From Squalus acanthias (taxonomy: Eukaryota), in contig CM059432.1 of the NCBI GenBank assembly GCA_030390025.1, positions 127,040,001 to 127,104,000 of the forward strand: 64,000 nucleotides of DNA, read 5' to 3'. The translations under genes were made by a program, and so were the position numbers. Under the pieces are notes generated by a model, which saw only the letters and a program-made list of their open reading frames with translations, did no database searches and was not told where the DNA came from. Below, piece after piece: positions 36,401 through 47,029 of the stretch; positions within the stretch are counted from its first letter, which is position 1, and every line of letters starts with the position of its first letter.

Positions 36401-39109
36401 CCGCAGACCCACTGCTCGCCTCGGTGACCCTGGCGGGGTTTCCCGACGTCAGGAAGCCCGCGGCGCCTCTGTTGGAAAAATGGGGATAATCCTCTTAACT
36501 GCCTGTTAACTAGCAGTTAAGTGGCTGTAATCCCCTTTCCGCCTCCAGGAGACGGGACCCGGCGCGGGTTGGCTACCCGCCTCCTGGGAAGATGGCACAG
36601 AGGCGGGTTTGGCACCCGCTATTAATTCATCGCGCACTCAGATATAGTGCCTTTAGCTTTGACTTATTACCGACCCACCTGCCAGTAGAAACAGTTTCTC
36701 CATATTTACTCTATTAAAACCCCTCATAATTTTGAACACCTCTATTAAATCTCCCCTAAACCGTCTCTGCTCTTAACAGTCCCAGCTTCTTTAGTCTCTC
36801 CACATAACTGAAGTCCCTCACCCCTGGTATCATTATGGTAAATTTCCTCTGTACCCTCTCCAAGGTTGGTACAAGTTTTGAAGATGCTACGAGCACAATG
36901 GACAATCAGAAATAAGTATATGTTCCAAAACTAACAAGCATACTGAGGCATCCAATCAACAAGAGATTTTTGTATAGAGAGGGAGGGGTGGGGAATGAAC
37001 TGTAATGTGCAGTCTTTCCCAGTCCCCTGAATTTACACTATTCTTTGCACTTTATATGCTCTTTCCTTCAGTTTTGTTATCTCTCACCTCCATTGTCACT
37101 GTTTTATTTGGTAATTAGAGCTCATTCCCCTGAAGGATATATACTGGTCCTGTAGTAAGCTAAATTCTTTTTTGAACATCTCCCACTGTAGTTTTACCCA
37201 ATAATAGTTTTGACCAGTTTGCTGCCATCAGTCTCTGACTCATCCCATTAAAGTTAGCCTTACCAAAAGCTAGAATCTTAGTAACTGCGTTAAGTTTCTC
37301 CTTTTCAAACCAATATTGAATTTGATCATATTATGATCACTTAGTTGATAATCTAACAGTAAGAGAACATATATCTAAGTCTGGCTCATTACTCATTACT
37401 AAATCTAGTATGGCCTGATCGCGTTGGTTCTAACATATTACTCCAGAAAACCATCGTGAATGCATTCAAGTGAGCATTTGTTTTGGAAAGAATTATTATT
37501 CCTATAAATTCTAACTTAACAACTACTCGTTATAGGTATTCACTTGGCTCCATTGGTAGCACTTTCATCTCAGAGTTAGAAGGTTGTGGGCTTAAGCCCC
37601 ATTCCAGAAATTACATAGAATTTACACCACTGAAACAGGCCATTCTGCCCAACTGGTCCATGCTCCTCTTACCCTGCTTAATTTAACCCTATCAGCATAT
37701 CCTTCTATTCCTTTCTCCCTCATGTACTTATCTAGCTTCCCCTTAATGCATCTATGCTATTTGCCTCAACTACTCAATTTGGTAGGAAGTTCCACATTCT
37801 AGCCACTCGCTAGGTAAAGAAGCTTCTCCTAAATTCCTTATTGGATTTATTACTGACTATCTTATATTTATGACCCCTAGTTTTGGACTCCCCAAGTGGA
37901 AACATTTTCTCTATGTCGACCGTATCAAACCCCTTCATAATTTTAAAGACCTCTATTAGGTCACCCCTCAGCCTTCTCTTTTCTAGAGAAAAGAGCCCCA
38001 GCCTGTTCAATCTTTGCTGAAAGTTCTCGTATCATACTTGTAAATTTTTTTTTTTTTTTGCACCTTCTCCAGTGCCTCTATATCCTTCTTGTAATATGGA
38101 TACTGGAACTGTGCACAGTATTCAAGTACTAGAATTGAGTTAAATTAAATGGAGTACAGAATCCAGGCCAACACGCCAATGTAGGACTGAGCATGCCAGG
38201 GGTATTGCCCCTTGGATATGCCATTAAGCCAAGGCCCCACCTGCCTGTTCTACCAATTTTTGGGGCATTAAAGATCCCATGGCACCATTTGAGGAGGCCA
38301 ACATTCTTCCCTCAACCAACATTATACACAGATTAGCTGGTCATTCATCTCATTGCTGTTCATGGAATCTTGCTGCATGCAAAATAGCTACCACACCTGC
38401 CTATAAAACATTTCAAAATGAAGCACCTTGCTATGTTCCGGAGATGTGATAAGATAACATGTAAATGCAAGCCCTTTTTATCCCTTCTTTTTTACACTAA
38501 ATTTAGATTAAGGTTGCAGCTACAGAGAAGGAGACAATTACTTAGTTACTTTAGATAGAATTAAAACATGTAAATTCTTATAGCATAAGCAAATAAATTT
38601 GACTTTAGTTTGTGAAAAATAGCCTCATTATAGTTGGGATAAAATCTACAAATGAGACCAGGATAAATAAATGCAAATGGGATTAAAAAGTTGGCTGCCA
38701 ATTAAGAGTTGTAATTGGCTTTTCAGAAATATTTTTCAAGCATGGTGCTCTGGTAGATTGTGTATAGCTTGGTCAGCGTCAGTTTTAACATTAATATCTT
38801 GGTCAATACACACATTCATACTGGAGTTTGCAAGCTGCCTATGTTCCCAATGAGTGCCACAATTAGAGCTATACATGCTACAATGCAGCTCAGAATAATA
38901 TTGCCACTGCATGCAACTATTATAGATTACTTTTGCATCAACCTCCATGAATCTTTCCCATCCTTAGCATTATTAAACTATGTGTAACAAAATATGCTTA
39001 CCTCAAGCGTATGCTCACGAATATGGTTGTCAATAACATCGTTAAGAGTGGTCTTTTCTTCCAGAAGGTCAAAGGGGTAGCTTTCTTCTAGTTCAACAAA
39101 TCCTTTCAT
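9370..39109 (-). CDS. AZIN1: Antizyme inhibitor 1, spliced CDS of 10 coding exons, 460 aa
   Basis: Exons join in frame (108+177+173+135+82+81+166+119+212+130 = 1383 nt) with GT-AG sites. Motifs [42 protein letters not shown]1-type substitutions relative to ODC (D88A, R277S) and the AZIN1 uORF exon upstream. Confidence 0.95.
9646..9857 (-). CDS. AZIN1: AZIN1 coding exon 9 ([48 protein letters not shown]...)
   Basis: Acceptor ccccattag, donor TG|gtaagt, 212 nt. Confidence 0.95.
10130..10235 (+). mobile_element. SINE 3' tail (L2-like tail, DeuSINE type)
   Basis: aaagtacttaattggctgtaaagcgctttgggacgtcc...tatataaacgcaagtctttc. Confidence 0.6.
10396..10514 (-). CDS. AZIN1: AZIN1 coding exon 8 (...[33 protein letters not shown])
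   Basis: Acceptor cattacag, donor AAG|gtgag, 119 nt. Confidence 0.94.
11558..11723 (-). CDS. AZIN1: AZIN1 coding exon 7 ([14 protein letters not shown]...[23 protein letters not shown]...)
   Basis: Acceptor cattctag, donor G|gtaatc, 166 nt. Confidence 0.95.
12268..12348 (-). CDS. AZIN1: AZIN1 coding exon 6 ([27 protein letters not shown])
   Basis: Acceptor gttatag, donor AAG|gtatga, 81 nt, glycine loop. Confidence 0.95.
12740..13515 (+). mobile_element. Decayed CR1 3' fragment
   Basis: Homology to other CR1 3' ends in the window. Confidence 0.75.
13906..14099. mobile_element. Penelope-derived palindromic insertion (perfect 81-bp inverted arms 13907-13987 and 13990-14070)
   Basis: 13-bp TSD TTTATAAATAGAG at 13893-13905 and 14100-14112; arms checked base by base. 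Confidence 0.85.
13956..13992 (-). ncRNA. Minimal hammerhead ribozyme motif, AZIN1 sense strand
   Basis: UCAC-CUGACGA-A-GGAGC(agc)GCUCC-GAAAGCUU-GUGA. Confidence 0.7.
14930..15011 (-). CDS. AZIN1: AZIN1 coding exon 5 ([27 protein letters not shown])
   Basis: Acceptor tttaccag, donor GCT|gtaagt, 82 nt. Confidence 0.95.
15236..15976. mobile_element. PIF/Harbinger-like MITE
   Basis: TIR GGCCCAAAAATT(A/C)GTG, 3-bp TSD AAT, internal hairpins and AT-rich core. Confidence 0.8.
18353..18487 (-). CDS. AZIN1: AZIN1 coding exon 4 ([44 protein letters not shown])
   Basis: Acceptor ctcttctcttag, donor AG|gtgagc, 135 nt. Confidence 0.95.
20195..23251 (+). mobile_element. CR1 LINE, nearly complete decayed ORF2
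   Basis: [42 protein letters not shown] motifs in order. Confidence 0.9.
24450..24633 (-). mobile_element. L2-like LINE 3' end
   Basis: Homologous to 7713-7900. Confidence 0.7.
24673..24775 (+). mobile_element. Penelope-like terminal repeat fragment with mutated hammerhead core
   Basis: Near-identical to 2058-2160; core reads CTGACAA; flanked by repeated AAAATGTTC. Confidence 0.75.
25805..26240 (+). mobile_element. tRNA-derived SINE (related copy at about 27815-28035)
   Basis: A-box-like tagtgg, B-box-like ggttcaatc; shared blocks between the two copies. Confidence 0.55.
27166..27338 (-). CDS. AZIN1: AZIN1 coding exon 3 ([11 protein letters not shown]...[14 protein letters not shown]...ARNHPSAK)
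   Basis: Within ORF 27162..27356; acceptor cacacag, donor AA|gtaag, 173 nt. Confidence 0.96.
27501..27677 (-). CDS. AZIN1: AZIN1 coding exon 2 ([13 protein letters not shown]...PFYTVKCN...TGFACANK)
   Basis: Acceptor attatag, donor AAG|gtgaca, 177 nt, PLP-lysine motif. Confidence 0.95.
29290..32292 (+). mobile_element. Internally deleted CR1 with 5' UTR, ORF1 (Cys motif plus SGNH esterase-like domain) and 3' end
   Basis: Duplicated 49-nt unit at 29311 and 29376; ATG at 29586 [26 protein letters not shown] and DGLHLN motifs; jump from endonuclease to RT end at about 31680. Confidence 0.85.
30762..31395. mobile_element. PIF/Harbinger-like MITE nested in CR1
   Basis: TIR GGGCTGGATTTT...AAAATCCAGCCC, TSD TTA. 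Confidence 0.85.
32667..32794 (-). mobile_element. Penelope-like terminal repeat fragment
   Basis: 15-bp TSD TCTATAGTTTCTTAT at 32652-32666 and 32795-32809; truncated within the hammerhead core. Confidence 0.8.
33860..35866 (-). mobile_element. Two stacked CR1 3' fragments
   Basis: RT motifs in ORFs 34240-35679; cataagaaataggaacagg tail at about 34157. Confidence 0.88.
35866..36620. mobile_element. GC-rich non-autonomous DNA transposon-like insert
   Basis: Abrupt break in CR1; CpG-rich ends similar in style to 30762-31395; termini not resolved. Confidence 0.4.
37520..38475 (+). mobile_element. DeuSINE-type SINE split by an antisense CR1 3' fragment (about 37612-38130)
   Basis: tRNA-like head at 37545-37608; Deu-like core ttaagccaaggcccc...aaagatcccatggcac...cattgctgtt at 38224-38390. 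Confidence 0.6.
39002..39109 (-). CDS. AZIN1: AZIN1 coding exon 1 ([36 protein letters not shown]); full exon 39002-39207 includes 98 nt of 5' UTR
   Basis: ATG at 39109-39107, acceptor ttttcttttgtag before 39207, donor GAG|gtaagc. Confidence 0.93.
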
Positions 39110-39596
39110 CTTTCAGGTGATCCACAAAGCCAACACTTCTAAACCAAACACCAAGTGAAGGTCCTCAAAGAGCCTTCAATATCGGGGTTCTTAAAATATG
39201 CAACAAACTACAAAAGAAAACAGAGTCTCGTATTACTAAAGATTTGATACTCTCTCCAAAAAAGGTGACTGCATCTAAACAAATTTCTAGAAAAACTAGA
39301 AAGATTAGAAGTCCTGCACATAGTGTCACTTATTTCCTGTAACATTTGCCCCATTACAGGTTGATAATGCCTCTATTGTTAGAAAACAGCATATTCACCA
39401 TGAGCAATGTCATGACAATCCACTAGTAGTAAACTTTCCTACTGGACTCCCTATTATTGGTCAAGCTAAGGCGATCTCATCTTTCTTCTCATTTCCGCCA
39501 CCCCCACTAATTCTGCCCATTACCATTGTTCTGTTTACTGCAAACTACAAACTCAGGTCAACTTTCCTTTTGTTGAGGTGGGGAGAAAAACTGGGT

Positions 39597-39960
39597 GGTG
39601 CACTGGATGAACAAACTGTCTTTTTAAACTCTGCAATCCAAGCTCAAATCTAACTCCGAACAATGGGATAAAAGTTTCTTGATTTCAATGGTCCTGAAAA
39701 GGTCAAAAATGAGTTTGGGCAGTCTCAGCTCAGTTCCTCGTGGTCATGATACCACAGCATCAAACTGCCTCCAACTCAGCACAAAATGGAAAACTCTTTC
39801 AAACAGACCATGAGGAGGGCTGATGTGGGAAAACAGAAAAATTTAAACTAATACAATTTTGAGTTGAGGACATGGCACTTTTTCAGCAGACTAAAAAGAA
39901 CTTATTCTACATCTGTCCATGATACCTGACATGGAGTTTCATTCTCCAGCATGAACATCC
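39597..39960 (+). mobile_element. LF-SINE-like element
   Basis: aaatgagtttgggcagtctcagctcagttcctcgtgg resembles the LF-SINE core as recalled. Confidence 0.55.
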
Positions 39961-41513
39961 TTCACCATGACAAACACAAAAATTTACTAAAGTGAATTTT
40001 TATTACACCTAAAAATACAATTATGAATTCTAAAAATAATTGCTCACCTTCCACTGCCAAAAGCACAGTCTATGCTTTTATCATCTGAAGATGTGACTTG
40101 TCTATTATCCTTCTAACTGGCGTGTCCACCTCAACCCTTCACAAGCTTTAATTTGCCAAATGCCAGTTCTTTTCACTTCCAAGTTTAACGGCTCCTCTCA
40201 CCCTAGTATATTGACTTCAAAATTCTTATCCTGGTTTTCAAATTGCTCCATGGCCTTGTCCTACCCCACCATTATAATCTTTGTGCTGGACCTCCCCATA
40301 CACACCTTTTACACCTCTAAAATCAGACATCTTATCTGCACTGGGTATTCGCTCAGACACCATGCTTCTGCTCTTGAACTCTCGATCTAGTTCCTTCCAC
40401 CATATCACCTTGCTCCCCAGTTTCAAAACCCCCCACTCCAACAGTGCCTTGGGTTCCCACATCTAGCCTCCCCCTTTCCTCAAAACCACTGCTCTCTACA
40501 TCCTTTTCCTCCTATTGTAAAGTGCTCGGAGACATTTCCCTGCACAAGGTGCAAGTTGAGAGTCTTAATAATTGGGGATTTCATTTTTTGTTAAAATACA
40601 ACACAAGTTTGGAGTGAGTTTTCCAGTGTGTTGCTAAATGTGTTATGGTAGCATTATTTACTTTAATGGAACTAGATAGAATGCAAATTGGCACAATTTT
40701 AAAAAGTATATATACACACACATTTGAAATTTATAACCTGGATACTCATGTTTTTTGAGCTCCAACAGCCAGCTTGCTTTTGGCACATCAAGCAAGGTAA
40801 AAAGTCTGTCCAGCACTCAGGCCAAGAGCTTTCAATGGCTGAGAAGTACAAATTTCTAAAACTCAGTATATAGTAACTCAGTAGTTCTATCTGTAGATCA
40901 ACAGATCTGAATGGCAATTTAGGGTACAATTCTACCGTGACTAAAATTCAAGATTTGACTTGAGTCACAAAAATAGTTTCCCCCAAAATATTACCCTGCC
41001 ACACAATACAACCCATCCACAGGTTGGCCGATACCGAACAACTTACAACAGTGAAAGAGAAGTCCACTCTTGGCTGAACAGAAAAAAATTGATTTATCAA
41101 CAAAAAAATATAAAATCACACCAGAACAAGTTGTGAATTATTTTAAACAGCCTGAATCATATACCATAATTGCTGAATTGCAATTCACTAATTTATTCAA
41201 CAGAATATTAATTATTTCTATTTTGACAAGCATGTTGTGTGGAATGCATTATAAGGCACTATTAAGTAAGACTGTGAATACTTTGCTAGCTGAGAATCTA
41301 ATCATATGACAAGTGTTTATTATAGATAGCCAGTTTTTGATCATCCATTTTGGTAGTTCATTTATAGATCCACAATAATTCTCAACATTAACCACTTCGA
41401 ATTTAGTATGCAAGTGAATTCTGTAAACTATTTCTTCGGATCAATCAATATGGTAAAAGCAAATAAAGAAAAACATCTGTTTCTACATATCCCAACCAAC
41501 AGATTATCCTTAC

Positions 41514-41654
41514 ATGGACAAGTCGGGAGATGGAACACCACCACTATCAGCTGGGGTCCCAAGGTGGCTCGGCGTTAAAGTCGAACTGTTCTCTGTAGAG
41601 TGTTACTCCCAGACCTTCTGGATAATTGTTATACACCCGAACAGAAATTCTGCC
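41514..41654 (-). other. AZIN1: AZIN1 5' leader exon (141 nt)
   Basis: Acceptor ttttacag|GGC, donor TCCAT|gtaagg, carries the uORF. Confidence 0.88.
41547..41654 (-). CDS. C-terminal part of the AZIN1 regulatory uORF (uCC): GRISVRVYNNYPEGLGVTLYREQFDFNAEPPWDPS*
   Basis: Open frame from acceptor ttttacag to TGA TAG. YPEGLGxxLYREQFDFNAEPPWxPS matches the known vertebrate AZIN1 uORF peptide. The start lies in an upstream exon that was not located. Confidence 0.92.
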   Translation of the reverse strand, partial: GRISVRVYNNYPEGLGVTLYREQFDFNAEPPWDPS

Positions 41655-42159
41655 CTGTAAAAAGTGATCAAAAAAGAATGTTAACATACATGTAAACAGC
41701 TAAAATCCTTCCATAGTTCAAAATCAGTATCCAAACTGCGAGGCTGCAAGCTCTTGTCATTTCCATAATTTAAAACAAAAGGGAAATCAGGGTGAGTGGG
41801 TGCACCCAGAGAACAGTCATTATACCTCCTACAATTTCTTCTTTTTCTCTCGGATTTTTTTTTGGTTGGTTGGTCGGGTTGAGTCAAACAAGCATCTCCC
41901 ATTTTACCAGGCAGATAAAAGTCGATTATGTTAAACTTTATGTACCAATTTTCACTTAATCAGCTTTGGAGTAAGAAAGAAGTTTCAGCTATTTTCCTGG
42001 TGGTTTACCCGTTGTCATTCATTTCCTTCAGATTAAATAAAATGTAAGAGGCTAACACCTACACTGCAAACTACAAAATGTTGAAACTAGCATGTTTGAT
42101 GGGCATTTCTCATTCCAAACTTGATTAGACTGCTTGACAGTATTGGAGGTAGGAGACAG

Positions 42160-45100
42160 TACATAACATAAGAAATAGGAGCAGGAGTAGGCCATTTAAC
42201 CCCTCAAGCCTGTTCCGCCATTCAATAAGATCATGGCTGATCTGATCTTGGCCTCAAGTCCACTTTCCCGCCCGCTCCCCATAACCCTGGACTCCCCTGT
42301 AGCGCAAATATCTGTCTATCTCCGCCTTGAATATATTCAATGACTCTGCCTCCACAGCTCTCTGGGGTAGAGAATTCCAAAAATTCACGACCCTCAGAAG
42401 AAATTCCCCCTCATCTCCATCTTAAATGTGCGACCCCTTATGCTGAAACTATGCCCCGTAGTTCTAGATTCCTTCACGAGGGAAAACATCCTCCCTGCAT
42501 CTACCCTGTCAAGCCCCCTCAGAATCTTATATGTTTCAATAAGATCACCTCTCATTCTTCTAAACCTCAATGAGTATAGGCCCAACCTTTCTTCATAAGA
42601 CAACCCCTTCATCTGAGGAATTAACCTCGTGAAGATTCTCTGAACTTCCTCCAATGCAAGTATATCCCACCTTAAATAAGGAGACCAAAACTGCATGCAG
42701 TACTCCAGGTGTGGTCTCACCAACGCCCTGTATAGTTGTAGCAACACTTCCCTACTTTTATACTCCATCCCCCTTGCAATAAAGGCCAACATTCCATTTG
42801 CCTTCCTAATTACTTGCTGTACCTGCATGCTAACTTTTTGTGTTTCATGTACGAGGACCCCCAGATCCCTCTGTACCGCAGCATTCTGTAGTCTCCCTCC
42901 ATTTAAATAATAATTTGCTTTTTTATTCTTCCTACCAAAGTGGCTAACTTCACATTTTCCCACATTATAATCCATCTGCCAAATTTTTGCCCACTCACTT
43001 AACCTATCTATATCCCTTTGCAGACTCTTTGTTTCCTCCTCACAACTTGCTTTCCCACCTATCTTTGTATCATCAGCAAATTTGGCAACAGTACACTCAG
43101 TCCCTTCATCCCAGTCATTAATATAGATTGTAAATAGTTGAGGCCCCAGCACTGATCCCTGTGGCACCCCACTAGTTAGTTTGCCAACCTGAAAATGACC
43201 CATTTATCCCGACTCTGTTTCCCGTTAGTTAGCCAATCCTCTATCCAGGCTAATATATTACCCCCAACCCCGTGAGCTCTTATCTTGTGCAGTAACCTTT
43301 TTATGTGGCACCTTATCGAATGCCTTCTGGAAATCCAAATACACTACATCTACTGGTTCCCCTTTATCCACCCGGCTCGTTACATCCTCAAAGAACTCTA
43401 GCAAATTTGTCAAACACGATTTCCCTTTCATAAAACCAAGTTGACTCTTCTTGATTGTATTATGATTTTCCAAATGTCCTGCTATTACTTCCTTAATCAT
43501 GGATTCCAGCATTTTCCCCAATGACAGATGTAAGGCTAACTGGCCTATAGTTTCCTGCTTTCTGCCTCCCTCCTTTCTTTAATACGGGCGTTACATTTGC
43601 GGTTTTCCAATCCGCTGGGATCTCTCCAGAATCCAGGGAATTTTGGTAGATTACAACCAACGCATCCACTTCTTTTAAGATCCTAGGATGCAGGCCATCA
43701 GGTCCAGGGGACTTGTCAGCCTTTAGTCCCATTAGCTTGCCTAGTTAAGTTCCTCCCTTCTTATAGCCCCTTGATTATCAATTATTATTGGGATGCTTTT
43801 AGTGTCTTCTACCGTGAAGACCGACATAAAATATTTGTTCAAAGTCTCTGCCATTTCCCTGTTTCCCATTATTAATTCCCCAGTCTTATCCTCTAAGGGA
43901 CCAACGTTTACTTTAGCTACTCTCTTCCTTTTTATATACTTGTAGAAGCTCTTGCTGTCTTTTTAAAATATTTTTTGCTAAGTTTACTTTCATAATCTAT
44001 CTTCTCCCTCTATTATTTTTTTAGTCATCCTTTGCTGGTTTCTAAAAATTTCCCAATCCTCTGGTCTACCACTAATCTTCACAACATTGTATGCCTTTTC
44101 TTTCAATTTGATACCATCCTTAACTTCCTTAGTTAACCACTGATGGTTCATCCTTCTCGTGGCGTCTTTCTTTCTCACTGGAATAAACCTTTGCTGAGAG
44201 TTATGAAATATCACAACAACAACTTGTATTTATATAGCGCCTTTAACATAGTAAAACGTCCGAAGGCGCTGCACAGGAGTATTTCAAGACAAACAATTTG
44301 ACACCAAGCCACATGAGGATAAATTAGAGCAGGTAACCAAAAGCTTGGTCAAAGAGGTAGGTTTTAAGCAGCGTCTTAAAAGAGGAAAGAGGCGGAGAGG
44401 TTTAGGTAGGGTATTCCAGAGCTTAGGGCCTAGGCAACAGAAGGCACGGCCACCAAAGGTTGAGCGATAATCCTTAAATGTCTACCACTGCTTATCTACC
44501 GTCTTACCCTTTAATCTATTTTCCCAGTCCACTTTAGCCAACTCTGTCTTCATACCCTTGTAATTGCCTTTATTTAAGTTTAGAACACTAGTTTCAGCCC
44601 CAAGTTTCTCACCCTCAAACTGAATTTCAAATTCAATCATGCTATGATCACTCTTTCCTGGAGGATCCTTTACTATGAGATCATTAATTAATCCTGTCCC
44701 ATCACACATTACCAGACCTAAAATAGCCTGCTCCCTGGTTGGTTCCACAACATATTGTTCTAAGAAACCATCCCGAATACATTCTATGAACTTGTCCTCA
44801 AAGCTACCCTTGCCGATTTGATTTGTCCAATCTATAAGTTAATTAAAATCGCCCGTGATTATCGCAGTACCTTTCTTCCAAGCCCCTATTATTTCTTGAT
44901 TTATACCCTGTCCTACAGTGTAGCTACTGTTAGGGGGCCTATAGACTACTCCCACCAGTGACTTCTTTTCCTTACTATTTCTTATCTCCACCCAAACTGA
45001 TTCTACATCTTAATCTTCTGAGCCAATATCATTTCTCACTACTGTACTGATCGCATCCTTGATTAACAGAGCTACCCCACCTCCTTTTCCTTTCTGCCTA

Positions 45101-45490
45101 TCCTTCCGAAATGTCAAATACCCCTGAATATTCAGTTCCCAGCCTTGGTCACCTTGCAACCATGTCTCTGTAATGGCTATCAGATCATAATGCGGAGATG
45201 CCGGTGTTGGACTGGGGTGGACAAAATTGTTGTGCGACCTCTCAATTTTATCAGATCATACCCATTTATTTCTATTTGCGCCATCAACTCATCTATCTTG
45301 TTACGAATGCTGCATGCATTCAGATAAAGAGCCTTTAATTTTGTCTTTTTACCATTTTTCCCTACTTGCTGGTGCACGCTTATGTTCGTACGCTCTGTCT
45401 CTTCCCGTCACACTCTGGTTATTATTACCCCTATCGCTACTCCTTTCTCCTTGACTTTCTGAAATCCCCATCACCTGAATCCTCCCCCCC
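42160..45490 (-). mobile_element. CR1 LINE, nearly complete ORF2, with nested L2 tail (44213-44468) and Penelope fragment (45190-45248)
   Basis: 269-aa RT ORF at 42394-43203; TSD TATCAGATCATA at 45178-45189 and 45249-45260. Confidence 0.92.
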
Positions 45491-45499
45491 GACTACTCT

Positions 45500-46540
45500 T
45501 ATCTGATTGGCGGGATGTGACCACTGGTGTTCCCCACGGATCTGTACAGGGGCCTGAACTGTTCTTCATATATATTAATTACGTGTATGAAGCAATAGAG
45601 TTAAATACCCAACTTTGCAGATGACACCAAGTTAGGAGGCACCGTAAGTAGTGTAGATGGGAGCAGAAAGTTACAAAGGTACATAGACCAACTAAGTGAG
45701 TGGGCGAACCTATGGCAGATGAAGTTCAATGTGGGAAAATGTGAGATCATCCATTTTGGATCTGAGAAAGACAAATTGGACTATTTCCTTTGTGGTGAGA
45801 AACTAGAAGCTGCAGAGGAGCAAAGGGATTTAGGTGTCCATGTACACAAATCTGGTGCACAGGTACAAAAAGATTAATGGAATGTTGGCTGTTATCTCAA
45901 GGGGGTTGGAATTCAAAAGTGAGGAAGTGCTGCTTCAATTGTATACAGCCTTGGTCAGACCCCATCTGGAGCACTCCGTTCAATTTTGGGCACCGAACCT
46001 CAGGAAAGATAAATTAGCCTTGGAAAATGCACAGTGCAAATTCATCAGAATTATACCAGGGCTTAACTTACAAGGATAGATTCCATCAACTTGGTTTGCA
46101 TTCTGTTGAATTTAGAAGGTTGAGGGGTGATCTTAGAGGTCTTTAAAATGATAAAGGGATTCAATAGGGTAGAGAGAGAAATATGATTTCCTTTGGTGGG
46201 GAATTCCAGAACAAGAGAGCACCAGCTTAGAATTAGAGTTAGGACATTTAGAAGGAAACAGTTTTTCACACATAGGATAGTGTAAATCTGGAACTCTTTC
46301 TCTCTCTCTCTCCTCCCCCCCCCCCCCCCAAAAAGTTGTGCATGCTGGGCCAATTGCCCAAGATCAATAGATTTTTGATGGGCAAAGGTATCAAGGGATA
46401 TGGAGTTAAGGTGGTAGATGGAGTTAAGGTGGTAGATGGAGTTAAGGTGGTAGATGGAGTTAAGGTACAGATCAGCCATGATCTAATAGAATGGTACAAC
46501 AGGCTCGAGGGTCTGAATGGCCTACTCCTGTTCCTATGTA
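45500..46540 (+). mobile_element. CR1 3' fragment
   Basis: FADDTK and LVRPHLE motifs, CR1 tail. Confidence 0.85.
46400..46466 (+). repeat. 18-bp tandem repeat (ATGGAGTTAAGGTGGTAG) x3.7
   Basis: Read directly; local expansion within the CR1 3' UTR. Confidence 0.95.
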
Positions 46541-47029
46541 ATTAAGTGAAGCTTAAACATTATAAATTATCCAGCAACCAGATTTCTGTATTGTTGTATT
46601 CATTATGTTGCATTGTGGCATATTACAGGGCAGCGTCTTTGTATTAAATACATAATATTAAATCCATGTGGGGAAAAAAAAATGCCATTAATCCTCTGAA
46701 AATGGATTATTAGACACTATGTGGTGATTATAGTGGCATAGTGGTTTAAATTCACTGCCCGTTCATCTGTGGGCCATTAAATCAAAATCTCCCGTCTCCT
46801 TTGTGTAAAGGTCTTGCACACAATGAATTTAGGTAGTCTCAACCCAATTCTCAATATGCATGGCAACCAGTACAACCTATAATTCGGGAATATATTGAAA
46901 ATCTCACTCAAGAAGGATCACAGAAACAGCAAGCATGGGGGAGTAGAAAATTTCACACTGGTGTAAATGTTGGGTACAGAAAACTTTACATCAACCAAAT
47001 GCTTTCTTTAACTTGCCTGAGAATAATCA

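Noticed and set aside
9370..39109. Calling the gene ODC1 or AZIN2
   Set aside because: D88A and R277S substitutions, MKGF start, QLSQE tail and the EPPW uORF exon all point to AZIN1
41681..41902. Minus-strand ORF with A-rich KKKSERKRR, superficially like the basic N-terminus of the AZIN1 uORF
   Set aside because: The AUC frame hits TAG after 8 codons, I found no convincing donor joining it in frame to the PPW exon, and there is no CpG-island context; treated as intronic coincidence
46063..46479. ORF with LNSIYH repeats, or a CRISPR-like array
   Set aside because: Simple 18-bp tandem expansion without spacers inside a CR1 3' UTR
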